A stretch of DNA of 59,138 nt, counting the filler, from Squatina squatina (taxonomy: Eukaryota), in NCBI GenBank assembly GCA_031763465.1. It is 4 parts of 4 records of this genome, joined end to end, with 100 filler letters (N's around TTAATTAATTAA, not from the genome) between each part and the next. Parts side by side here need not be neighbours in the genome. Positions count along the whole stretch, not along the records: positions 1 to 17,273 come from JARFOE010000013.1; 3 more parts are not named here. One strand, written 5' to 3'. The translations under genes were made by a program, and so were the position numbers. The notes beneath the pieces were generated by a model, which saw only the letters and a program-made list of their open reading frames with translations, was not told the origin of the DNA and ran no database searches. Positions 1-11,566 of this stretch are shown here, one piece after another (within the stretch, counting starts at the first letter, position 1; each line of letters opens with the position of its first letter).

Positions 1-1009
1 CTTTTACGTGGCGTGAGTATAGAGTTATATTTTTATATTTAGCTGAGCATTATTTTGTGTGCATCATAGATTTTCAAAGATTGAATTAAAAAAACAATTG
101 GCAACAAAAATTCTAGCAGAAATTCAAACTATGTCTCTAAAATGCCAGAAGAGGCTTTAACCGACAATTCTGACTTTTAGAAAAAAAATATTTTCCGCAA
201 ATAACATAGAGAGGAGATTGGACTATCGTGCAACAGAATGACTTCAAATTTGGGAATGAGCAGAATGACTTCAGTTGTGTCTTGCACTTGTATCCCAATC
301 CCATCCCAAAGTTGTGCAAATTTCCACATAGCAGTGAAAAGTCACAATGTTATATTCCAACAAAATTAGTGCATTGTGCCATTGCAATTTTTAAAATCAA
401 TCAATGCCTTGACTATTGAAAGAACGATCTTGTGTATTTTTTTTTTCTTTTTGGAGTTTTTCTTTTTAAACACAAAGCAGTACAAATATGTCAGTGTTCA
501 GAGACTGCAAAATATATGTATGTTGGAATTACTGATGTGTCTGAATTGTATATCAAATATAATGCATTTGGAATCTTGATAAAAACTTAAATTTCAAAAT
601 GTGCATTGAAATATTTTGTAAGAAAACATGCAGCTAAATATAGCTTTTTTACATTACTTTCACCCCCACTGATAAGTGTAGTACATTTCACACCTCTCTT
701 CAGAGTATATAGTGCATGCCTATAATTGTAGCAGATTATAGCAAAGCTTATATGGATTTAGATTAGGCAGTCATGTCTAGGAGTTTGAATATTGCAGTTA
801 TTAGTCTGCAAGTCATAGTCTGGGAATGAACCATTTGCACTCCCTAATTAGGTGCGGGTGGTTGTTAGTCAAGATCTTGACAAATTTGTTTTGCATTAGT
901 TACACAATATATGATCTTTTCACAAGAGTGCGATGCTTCGTAACATTAGGGCCACACTGTGTCTCTCAAAGGAGCTATTTATCTTCAAGAAAATATGCAA
1001 CCGAACTTG

Positions 1010-1024
1010 AATAAAGCAATTAAA
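1010..1024 (+). terminator. Candidate polyadenylation signals (AATAAA, ATTAAA) ending an AT-rich 3'UTR-like segment (1-1100) of an unseen gene
   Basis: AATAAA at 1010-1015 and ATTAAA at 1019-1024, followed by T/GT-rich sequence; upstream is repeat-free and AT-rich. Inference only. Confidence 0.3.
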
Positions 1025-1744
1025 AATATATATTTCTATGTTTTACCCTACTTTATCAATGATGTGTCTGTATCAGATCCAGTTTTAAAATTACATCTTT
1101 TATATGTATATAGATATATATAAGATGAAGCCTATTGTGTGCAATTTTAACTTGGATTTTTAAATTCAGGAATCAGCCTCACAGCCCTCCTCAGCACTAC
1201 CTCCAATGATTCTGCATCTTTCCTGTAATAAGAAACTAAAACTTGATGGAGTACTGCAAATGCAGCCTCACCAAAGCCAAAAAAACCTCTACATTACCAC
1301 TTAGACTTAAGGACACGGCAGCTGTGGAACTAACATATTCTTTGACTTCTTCACTGCATATAAACAGTGAACCAGTTCAGTTACCCCTAGCACTTAAGCA
1401 TTTAATATTCTTGTTTTTTTCTGCCTAACCTTGTAATATTACAATCATCCATGTTGGGTTCTGGCACTTCTCTGTCCTTTGACCCAGCCCATGCAGATCC
1501 ATTTAGATTATCACACATTGGTTAGAATCATTGGCCAGTGCACCCAACCTAGTATCATTCACAAATTGTCACTTTGGACAATATTAAACAGCAGTCCAAA
1601 CACCCACCTCTGTGGAACATCACTGACAATTAGTTTCCATTCTAACACCACTCAAGGCACCACCATCCTTTGTTGTCTTCCTTTTAGTCATGAGTTCAGC
1701 CTATTACTTTGCTCCCACAGGCACACACCTTGTGAATTGTAAGT

Positions 1745-1910
1745 CTGTTATATGAAACAATCAAATACCTTCCTAAAATCCAGGTAGACAACATCCACTG
1801 CCTCAGTAATATCTACCAAATCTATAGCCTCCTCAAAGAAATCCATTAAATTAGTCATACTTGATCTGCCCGCTCTGGCTCTCTAATAAAATCCAGGCTT
1901 TCCAACTGTG
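1745..1910 (-). mobile_element. Degenerate CR1 LINE reverse-transcriptase fragment
   Basis: Minus strand reads VDVVYLDFRKVFD, matching the CR1 RT 'DVVYLDFxKAFD' motif. Confidence 0.7.
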
Positions 1911-2091
1911 TCACATATGAACCCCAAGCCTGAACAATCCAATTTATTAAGCCCACACAAGGAAGTCCTGTTTTTGCATACAATTTCTTATTTGCCGGTT
2001 TGTCCTATTCAAATTTTATGGTATTGGTGGTTTGGAGGGGGCTGTACTGTACTTGCCTTATTGGTAGATAAATCTTAAATCAGAACACCAA

Positions 2092-2868
2092 GGGCCTGAA
2101 ATTTATCTGCGTCACTTCAGGGCGATAGAGGGGTGGGAAACCTGCATTTTTTGTGCTGGCTCCTGACTCACCCACCGCAGAAGTAACCATTCTGGGGCAG
2201 GAGCAAGGCACAGCGATGCCGGTCTCGCACCCGGGCGGAACTGGGCAGCTGGCCGGGGAGGCCACTGGCATGGCCGCAGTGCCACGCTAGCGACGTCAGC
2301 CGCGCCACGTCAGCAGCTTGGCCAGGCCTCCCGTACAGGGGAGGGCTGCCGGCCATCCTGATGGCGTCGCGCCACTGGGCTACCAGGGGCGACGGCGATC
2401 GGGACACCAGCCTGGCATGGCAGTCGGTGTGCCAGGCGAGGGGATGGTGGCCCGATCCGGTCTCGGGCCGCCATCATTCGCCCAACAACAGAGTCGGTTG
2501 ATAAATTAAGATGGCGGCCACAGGCACGCAGGCCCTTCCCTTTAAGAGGGCCCTTGCAGCAACAGGTTTTGCTGTCTCTGCAACCGTCCGGCGCTGCAGC
2601 TGCGTCCCGCGGGTTAAGTCCGCCCGCAGAACGCAAACGGGCCGCAAAGGGGGTTGTGGCAGCGCAGTGCGGGTCGGCACGCATCTTTATGATGTCATGC
2701 GCCGACCTGCAGTGGAATTCAGTTGGCCAGGCGCAAAAGCCTTTGTGCCCGAGCTGATTTTCCCGGGAGGCGAGATGGCCGCTTCCCGGCGCCATTTTGT
2801 CCTGTTTCGCCCCAATAGCACTCCTTGGAGGCGCTAACGGGGTGCAACAAGAGATGAATTTCTAGCCC
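2092..2868. mobile_element. GC-rich non-autonomous DNA transposon (PIF/Harbinger-like MITE)
   Basis: Terminal inverted repeats GGGCCTGAAATTTATC and revcomp of right end GGGCTAGAAATTCATC (13/16 match) bound a GC-rich island in AT-rich DNA. The TSD is not clean. Confidence 0.75.
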
Positions 2869-4089
2869 TATATAAATGCAAGTTATTGTACAGCGATTCT
2901 TTACCATGTGAGGAATTGTGAGATTCAAGCATATAGCACAGGAAGGAGCCACACTGCCAGACTACTTGTAACCAGTGTTTGTCAAAAATTACTCCCAGGT
3001 GTTTCAATTTTTAATACGGTTCATATTCTGAGCTAATATTGCACAGTTTTGGGGTCAATTTCCTTGTGCAGGCTGTCAGAAGCTTGCCAATTTATTGATG
3101 GCTCGTTACATTCCCTTCAGGATTAATAATTGTGCAGTTTATCATGGTAAGTTTGACAAATAATTTACATATAATTGCCCGGAAATTAAGCAAACAGCAT
3201 TGCATTACAAGCCAGCCTTTTAACTGAGAAAAGTTATTGTAACATCGGAAAAAGGTATTGTGGGTGCATTACCTTCCCCTGACTCCTGGGATTAGACTGC
3301 AGTCTGAAGACTCATTCGCTTATCTGCGACGGTATCAGTGTTTAAATTTTATACGGGCTCTGTTTTTATGCCAGCGACATCTTTCAGTGCCGATATCAAT
3401 CATCGGCCTGCTTGATTTCTCTGATGTGTGGTGACATCCACCTTAAAAGGATGCCATTGATGCCGGTTTATTGAGACACAATATACAGTTGATGGCAGGA
3501 GATTCCGTCACCAGCACACTGTTCCCTTTAAACCTCTCCACCCTGGAGTATTTCTTTTACATTTGCCATTTCTATTTTTAAAGATTCTGCATTGACCAAA
3601 AAATTATTTTGTAATGATTACATCGGGTGAAATGAAAGGGATAAATGAAGAGGAAATTGTAATTTCACGGTCGCTATTTCTATTATCTTTAATTTCTCCC
3701 CTTTTGTACTTTATAATGGTCAATTTTAGTGATTAATACGAACACGCTGTTTTTCATCGACAATTTTATTAATGGTTTAATGACTTCAATTTAACCGGAT
3801 GATTGATAGTAAATCCTTTCTTACTTTCTCAGGCTGTGTAACTTTTAAGATTTCAATTTTGAAATTTATAAAGTGAGATAATAATTACACGCTACTTTTG
3901 ANNNNNNNNNNNNNNNNNNNNNNNNNNNNNNNNNNNNNNNNNNNNNNNNNNNNNNNNNNNNNNNNNNNNNNNNNNNNNNNNNNNNNNNNNNNNNNNNNNN
4001 NGCAAGCCACCAATTGGTTCTCTTTTGCAAAACTGCTGCACACATTTTATTAATCCATAAATTTGAGAATGGTACTGCTTAAGCCCTCA

Positions 4090-4580
4090 TTTAAATTATT
4101 AATGAAAATGATGAACAGGAATGACTACAGTGCTCTGAGGTACTCTGTTAATAAATAAGCTGCAGTCAAACCTGGTACCATTAATAACAATCCTCAGTTT
4201 GTGTGATTTCAACCAGCTGCCTCTCCATCATGTTAACTGTTCAGTAATCCCATGAAATCTATTTTTTTCTAATAGATGTCTATGAGAAACTTTATTAAAC
4301 ATTTTTGGAAATCAAGATAAACAACATGCACCAGATTACCTTTATTCAATATTCTGGACATTTTCTCAAAGAATTCAATCAAGTTAGTGAGGCAGGACCC
4401 ATTGCTTCCTAATGCCATGTTAATAACTGCCATACTCTCATCATATATCACATTGCGCAAAACATTTTCCCTGCTATTGAAGTCAAGCTCACAGGCCTAT
4501 AATTCTTTAGGGTCAATTCTTTGCTTTCCTAAATATTAGAACCACATGATCTACCCTCCAATCCTCAGAAACTTGCTACA
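4090..4580 (-). mobile_element. Degenerate CR1 LINE ORF2 (RT) fragment
   Basis: ORF 4269-4460(-) contains SCLTNLIEFFE...NLVHVVYLDFQK, typical of CR1 RT. Confidence 0.85.
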
Positions 4581-4592
4581 TCTCTAAACTTT

Positions 4593-4700
4593 TCCAGTTC
4601 TGGCCAAAGGTCATTGACCTGAAGTGTTAACTGTGTTTCTGTCTCCACAGATGCTGACTGACCCCCTGAGTATTTCCATCATTTTCTGTTTTTACTTCAG
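4593..4700 (+). mobile_element. Penelope-like element terminal fragment with decayed hammerhead-ribozyme architecture
   Basis: AGGTC-ATT-GACCT hairpin flanked by CAGTT/AACTG, followed by the tail ...GAGTATTTCCATCATTTTCTGTTTTTACTTCAG; a related tail occurs at 53129-53186. Family assignment from recall. Confidence 0.5.
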
Positions 4701-4873
4701 AAACCAACCTGTACATCNNNNNNNNNNNNNNNNNNNNNNNNNNNNNNNNNNNNNNNNNNNNNNNNNNNNNNNNNNNNNNNNNNNNNNNNNNNNNNNNNNN
4801 NNNNNNNNNNNNNNNNNAATGCAGGGTAGCAGTTTATTTTTTAAATGCTGTTTGTAATACTGAGCTGCTGAAT

Positions 4874-5129
4874 TAGGGTTCCCAACTTTGGTTGGACGCA
4901 TTCCTGGAGGTTTCACCACACGACCTCCTACCACCAAGCATCCCGGCCCAGTAAAACAGCCTTTTCCGCCCATCTCTAATATTAGTTATAACGAACACAT
5001 GAAAGTGTTCAAAAAAACTGAAAGACATTCCTTATTTAAATAATGTTTCTCCCCAGGATAGCTTGCACCAGGAGATTAATCTTCAATTCCTGGAGAATCC
5101 AGGGTCATCCTGGAGGGTTGGCAACCCTG
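4874..5129. mobile_element. Non-autonomous hAT transposon (MITE), 256 bp
   Basis: TIRs TAGGGTTCCCAAC / GTTGGCAACCCTG; 8-bp target-site duplication TGCTGAAT / TGCTGATT (7/8). An 8-bp TSD is characteristic of hAT. Confidence 0.85.
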
Positions 5130-6996
5130 TGCTGATTACACAGGTTTAGTTCAAACAAAATGCTGCCTCTGTCCCATACTTCGAAAGCTAAACTCAAGAC
5201 CAAATGGTTTAACTGCATCAATGTGATGCATTTAGTGATGTTGGAAAAGTAAAACCTCCCTCACAAGGAGATACATATGTGCTAAATTATATTGTTATAA
5301 ACTCAGTAAATCTTAAACATGGATGTGGAATGGCTTAACTATGAGAACCAACTTGAATATCAAAAATTAAACCTGAAGACACTAAGAATTAGAAAATATT
5401 ACCACAACCAGCCAACCACAGACCTCTTTAAAATCACATTTGTTTCAAACATTGATGAAGGTAATAATTTTCTGTAGGTCGCACCTAACAAAACTCATTG
5501 AGACAGAACAAGAAAAAATGTCTCCTCAGTCCTGGAAAAAAAATCCTACAAAGAAATTTGCAACTGGCCAAAGAAATAAGAGAAATTGCCAGCATAAAAC
5601 TAAACAAAGGGGGATAAATTGGACCTCATCGTGCCCGTTTTATGCTGGAAGAAAGTGTTGAGTGGTCCAAATTTAGGACCGCAATCTCCCCATTAGTGTC
5701 CCGGCTGCCAGATTGATCAGGGTGTCTGCCTGAAGCAGGTCTGAGCTGCCTTCAATAAGCAAATTGGAGTCCTGATGTCTGTTTTTGAACACNNNNNNNN
5801 NNNNNNNNNNNNNNNNNNNNNNNNNNNNNNNNNNNNNNNNNNNNNNNNNNNNNNNNNNNNNNNNNNNNNNNNNNNNNNNNNNNNNNNNNNNNTAATAAGA
5901 AATGTATTTTATGATAACATCAGCATGGCAAGAGGCCTGGCTATTGATAGGTACTGGACTAGATTATACCTTGTCTGTTAGTGTCCATTTGATTCAAATT
6001 TAGATATGGCCAACAATTTCCTTTTTATATTTGCTTTTCTGTACGGTAAATAGTAATCTCTGGCAATTTTAAATCCTCTGGTCCGTTTCGCTTAATTACT
6101 GGTTTGTTACTAGTAATCAAGAAACAAAGTTCTACAAGTTCAGAGCATCCCACTTAACTATTGCAGTTAGTGGTCCAGTCCTTAGATTATAATCAAGAAG
6201 AAATGGATCATGATATTTCAGTTCCTTTTAATGGCTTCATGATTACTGGGTTTTGTTTGTAATTGGGAAATAGGAACCAGGAGGGGGTTGGAATTCCCAA
6301 ATTAGTGCAGCTCGTGGTTAGTGGATCATGAGTAATCATTCCATCCATAATTAGGGCAGAAACTACTTAAATGCTGTATCTACATTTATTTATTTTTTGA
6401 GTAGTACAAACTTCGAATAGAAAATGTTTAATGAAAAATGCTCATGGGAACATTCTCAGAACAAGTAACTAATTTACCAAAACAGTTGAATGGCCACTGC
6501 AGTGAATTACCGACATGCAGTAGAGATCAATGGAAAGATCTAGTTCAGCAAAATCATAGGTATGATTTTAATTCATTCTGGGTAAGTTGTCGTAGCATTG
6601 TTTTGATTAATTTAACTTTCAAATAGCCATGACTTGTCTAATGGCATGTTTTGGTGTTGTTGCAGCATCATTCCAGAAGGGGCAGCAGAAATGAAATGGC
6701 CTTGCATACTGCAACACAAATGCTGTGGCCCTTTTCCCATTGAACAAAAATTAGGATTTATCTCCTGGAGGATGAGCTTCACATTGTTCTGTAGCTTTGA
6801 TTTGAGCAAGCATTTATCAGTGGATGAGTGGAACAGTTCACAAAGACTAGTTACAGTTTTTGATAATGTTCAGTTCAAAAGGCCTATATCTANNNNNNNN
6901 NNNNNNNNNNNNNNNNNNNNNNNNNNNNNNNNNNNNNNNNNNNNNNNNNNNNNNNNNNNNNNNNNNNNNNNNNNNNNNNNNNNNNNNNNNNNCTAG

Positions 6997-7410
6997 TCAG
7001 GGGTAGCATTCGTACCTCTAAAGCAGAAGGCCATAAGTTCAAGCCCTACTTCGGAGATTTGAGTGCATAATCTAAGCTGACATATCAGTGCAACATTGAG
7101 GGAGTGTGACATTGTCAGAGCTGCTGTCTTTTGGATGAGTTGCTAAACTGAGACCTCATCTGCCCTCTTCGGTGAATGTAATAGATTGGCAGGAGAGTTA
7201 TCCTGATGTCCTGGTTAACATTTATCCCTCAAACAATATTACTAAAACAAATAATCTGGTCATTTATCTAATTGCTGTTGCTGGATCTTGCTGTGCACAA
7301 ACTGCTGCCATGTTTGTCTACATGATAACAGTGACTATACTTCAAGAAGTACTTCTTTGGTTGTGAAGGGTTTTGGGATGTCCTGAAGATATGAAAGATA
7401 CTATGTAAGA
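6997..7410 (+). mobile_element. tRNA-derived SINE (Deu-SINE/AmnSINE1-SacSINE1-like)
   Basis: B-box GTTCAAGCCC at 7037-7046; tail TTTGGGATGTCCTGAAG...GAAAG; colinear with the copy at 29708-30092. Confidence 0.8.
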
Positions 7411-9226
7411 TTTTACCAAATAAGAAATGCAGAACTAATGATTTTAGAGGCTGAAAATGTTTCTCTGTGTGCATTCTAATATTCATTGGATACACTGATT
7501 TAAGCTGCTCTTTACAGAGTGGAGCCATCTTGTATGCCAACGTGTTGCTGGGTCGAAATAAGCTGCTTATGAAGGGTGCTATCAAAGAGGAATGATTTTC
7601 TTAAAAATAGGAATAAAATGGGAAAGAAAGTTGTTAAAAGAATCCTTCTACAAAATGTGAGTTGGAGGTGGAGAGCTATCAATAAAAAAAAACAGGAAAG
7701 AGAGAACGAGGGGAAAACTTTTGGTAGAGAACAAGGAAAAAGGGCGTTGCTGAAAGTTTTGAAGATTGGTTGGTCACAACACTAGATCCATGGTGACATA
7801 ATTAGAACATTAAGAGTGCATTTCAGTTCATTCATTGTTATTTTGTATCAGAATAGCTGTGGTTTTCAAGCTGTATGATGTACATTATATCGAGCAACAT
7901 ATGTGGGTTGGCGCAGAAATCAGGGCTCACATATTGGAGCCAAAATCTTGTGATAATTGACAGTAAGCCAACACATTAACTCCTGTGAAGGACAGAATGA
8001 TTCATGAGCCAAGCGCCTCTTGTTAAAATAAGTTAACCTTTTCAATTCTCATGCCTGTACCTAAGTGTTAGGTTACCAAAATGTTACNNNNNNNNNNNNN
8101 NNNNNNNNNNNNNNNNNNNNNNNNNNNNNNNNNNNNNNNNNNNNNNNNNNNNNNNNNNNNNNNNNNNNNNNNNNNNNNNNNNNNNNNNNNNNNNNNNNNT
8201 ATACTAGAGATAATAATTGACTTAGTCAAAATGATTTTGATATCTTCAAAACCCAACTTGCTTTACTGCCACGTGGAACTCTGTGGGCAGCCAAGGGCGG
8301 CACATTACCACACTGGTGGTGCTGTGAGAAGCAGCCATTTGTGAATAAGTAAAAAAGATGGTTTGAATATAGATTGAAGTATTTGATCTCTTTACTGAGG
8401 TTTCTTTGCACGTAAATATAGAACAGCTTGCCTCTGCTGAGGAAAAATTTATTGAATCTTGCATGCCATCTTGTAATTATAGGGTTATCTGTGCAATTTT
8501 TCCCACCAAGGAAGTTTGCCAATTTAGAATTATTTGATGTGATCTGCAAATGAGTCAACTGTCCTAAATGAATCTGAAATACAGATAGTGCTTATCTAAC
8601 GTTAGAACTTTATGTAAAGTAACTCATAAAACCTTGAATTCCACATAACTAGCACAAGAATGAGGATTTTGATGACATAATTTCTGACTGATTCCATTAA
8701 GATAATTCTGGGTTATCTATATAATTGTTTTGGAATCTGTGATGAACACTGTACCCAAGGTTAGTGTGCCGTGACAGTTTACATAAGCAATGCTGATACT
8801 CATATTATGGATGATATGGAAGGTCACTTCTGAATATCTATCTTAAAATAAATGGATGCAGAAGCCTAAATAGAAGTGTCAGCTTTGCATTATGCAGCTC
8901 TTGGAAAAAACACACTTTGCAGTTTAATTTTATTTTTCTGCTGTTACATAGCCGGAGTCATAAACAAAGATGAGTTCCAGATTTTCTGGCATTGTATCAT
9001 ATGCATTAAAAAAATTTGAAATGATGAAGTTTTTAATGGTACTGTGATCACTTGGGAAAATGGATAGTTGCTGTTTATTTTTCATACAACCTAAAGATTC
9101 AGCCTTATCTATAATCTCATTCAATTTTGACTATTTATATTGGTTTTTTGAAGCGAATGTTGTTTTGCAATACTTGCATTCAGCATTATTACCTGTAATA
9201 ACAGAATATAGTCACCTGCAGAATAT

Positions 9227-9991
9227 ATAGAAACATAGACACAGAAACATATAAAATAGGAGCAGGAGTAGGCCATTCGGCCCTTCGAGCCTGCTCCGCC
9301 ATTCAATATGATAATGGCTGATCATCCAAATTCAGTACCCTGTTCCTGCTTTCTCCCCATATCCCTTGATCTCTTTAGCCATAAGAACTATATCTAACTC
9401 CTTGAATATATTTAATGATTTGGCCTCAACTGCCTTCTGTGGTAGAGAATTCCACAGGTCCACCACTCTCTGGGTGAAGAAATTCCTCCTCATCTCAGTC
9501 ATAAATGGCTTACCCCGTATCCTTAGGCTGTGACCCCTGGTTCTGGACTTCCCCACCATCGGGAACATCCTTCTTGTATCCAGTCGCGTCAAGATTTTAT
9601 AAGTTTCAATGAGGTCCCCTCTCATTCTTCTAAACTCTTGTGAATATAAGCCTAGTCGATCCAATCTCTCTTCATACGTCAGTCCTGCCATCCCATGAAT
9701 CATTCTGGTGAACCTTCGCTGTACTCCCTCCATAGCAAAAACATCCTTCCTCAGATAAGGAGCCCAATACTCAAGGTGTGGTCTCACCAAGGCCCTGTAT
9801 AATTGCAGTAAGACATTCCTGCTCCTGTACTCAAAACCTCTCGCTATGAAGGCCAACATACCATTTGCCTTCTTAACCACTTGCTGCACCTGCATGCTTA
9901 CTTTCAGCAACTTGTGTACAAGGTGTCCCAGGCATCGTTGCACCTCCCCCTTTCCTAATCTATCGCCATTCAGATAATAATCTGCCTTCCT
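9227..9991 (-). mobile_element. CR1 LINE, 5'-truncated (ORF2 C-terminus + 3'UTR + TTTCTATG-type tail)
   Basis: ORF 9332-9943(-): KKANGMLAFIARGFEY...LYRALVRPHLEY...RRMRGDLIETYKIL...RNFFTQRVVDLWNSLP; 3'UTR GGCCGAATGGCCTACTCCTGCTCC and short repeat tail. Confidence 0.95.
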
Positions 9992-10482
9992 GTTAGAATC
10001 CCCATCTACAATCCCAGGGTTAGAATCTCCATATACAGTCCCAGGGTGGGAATACTCATGTACAGTCCCTGGGTTAGAATCCCCATGTGCAGCCCCTGGG
10101 TTAGAATCCCCATGTACAGTCCCAGGGTTAGAATCCCCATGTAGAGTCCCAGGGTTGGAATCCCCATGTACAGCCCGAGGGTTGGAATCCCCATGTACAG
10201 TCCGCGATTTGGAATCCCCATGTACAGTCTGAGGGTTGGAATCGCCATGTTAAGTCCCAGGGTTAGAATCCCCAATTTACAATCCCAGAGTTGGAATCCT
10301 CATGCACAGTCCCAGGGCTGGAATCTCCATGTACAGTCCCAGGGTTGGAATTTCCACATACAATCCCAGGGTTAGAATCCCCATGTACAGTCCCAGGTTT
10401 GGAATTCCGATGTACAGTCCCAGGGCTGGAATTCTCATGTACAGTCCCATGGTTGCAATTCCCATGTACAGTCCCAGGGTTG
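9992..10482. repeat. Minisatellite, 27-bp unit, about 18 copies
   Basis: Consensus TACAGTCCCAGGGTTGGAATCCCCATG, tandem without spacers; 17 full and 2 partial units; one 28-bp unit at 10250-10277. Confidence 0.97.
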
Positions 10483-10517
10483 CTTTGCCAATGAGTTTGG
10501 GCCCCAGCACATGCAAG

Positions 10518-11150
10518 ACCTTTATAACAAGAGGATTTGAATATAAGTGTAATGGTGTCTTACTGCAATCATATAGGGCCCTGGTGAGATCTCACCTGTA
10601 GTATTGTGTACAGTTTTGGTCTCCTTACCTAAGGAAGGATAGACTTGCCAGAGAGGAAGTGCAACAAAGGTTCACCAGACTGCTTCCTGGGATGGGGAGA
10701 TTGTCCTACGAGGAGAGATTGAGTAGACGAGGCCTATATTCTCTAGAGTTTGGAACAATGAGAGGTGATCTCATTGAAAGATACAAGATTTTTACAGGGA
10801 TTGACAGGGTTGATGCAGGGAGGATGTTTCCCCTGGCTGGGAGGTCTAGAACCAGGGACCACAATCTAAGAATAAGGGGTCAGCCATTTAGGACTGAGAT
10901 GAGGAGAAATTTCTTCACTCAGAGGGTGGGGAGCCTGTGGAATTCTCTATCTCAGAGGGTCGTCAATGCTCAGTCATTGAGTATATTCAAGACAGAGATT
11001 GCTAGATTTTTGAATATGAAGGGAATCAAGGGATATGGGGATAATGCAGGAAAGTGGAGCTGTAGTTGAAGATCAGCCATGATCTTATTGAATGGTGGAG
11101 CAGGATCGAGGGGCCGAATGGTCTACTCCTGCTCTTAATTCTTATGCTCA
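10518..11150 (+). mobile_element. CR1 LINE, 5'-truncated 3' portion
   Basis: FITRGFEYK...YRALVRSHL* then QQRFTRLLPGM...RGDLIERYKI...RNFFTQRVGSLWNSL; CR1 3'UTR GGGCCGAATGGTCTACTCCTGCTC. Confidence 0.95.
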
Positions 11151-11329
11151 TCGTAAACCCCCAGGCAAGGGCAATCCCAGCATGCCCACTCTGGACCCTG
11201 TTTGCTGCTCCCTCTGTGCCCAGCACTGCCTGCACCCTCGGCACATGGGTGGAATTTCAGCCTTAGTGTTACAAGTTTCATCAGTTACAGGCTGGAGAGA
11301 GGAGTAATTCAGACTGACACCGAGCTGGG

Positions 11330-11420
11330 TGATTGGTTCAGTCTGTACATGAGCTTTTAAATTTGAATGGTCGGGTGTACAAATTCCCAGTAACTTTAAT
11401 CCTGGATATAAAAGGGGAGA
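11330..11420 (+). promoter_or_regulatory. Candidate Pol II core promoter or LTR relic (inverted CCAAT + TATA)
   Basis: ATTGG at 11332-11336 and TATAAAAG at 11407-11414, canonical spacing; no transcript evidence. Confidence 0.3.
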
Positions 11421-11566
11421 GCTGTGTTTAAATCAAGGAGTCTCCTTGGAGATTCTCTGAGAGCAGGAACTGGTCAGCTTGAAACACCTGCAAGAGATCA
11501 AATTAGCTGGAAATTTCCAATTCGCAGTTCGTGACCAATATCAACTCCCTTGGTGATGGGAAATTT

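Noticed and set aside
2080-2952. Cluster of overlapping ORFs / CpG-island promoter
   Set aside because: Confined between transposon TIRs; GC richness explains the lack of stops; no recognisable domain.
7000-7070. tRNA genes at SINE heads (also 29708, 27040)
   Set aside because: B-box only, no cloverleaf, and continuous with a SINE body and tail.
9332-9943. 203-aa ORF as a host gene or active LINE
   Set aside because: Only the C-terminal part of CR1 ORF2 with internal deletions; lacks the RT core and endonuclease.
9992-10482. CRISPR array or repeat protein gene
   Set aside because: Units are directly tandem with no unique spacers, the context is vertebrate with no cas genes, and the ORFs are a by-product of the 27-bp period.
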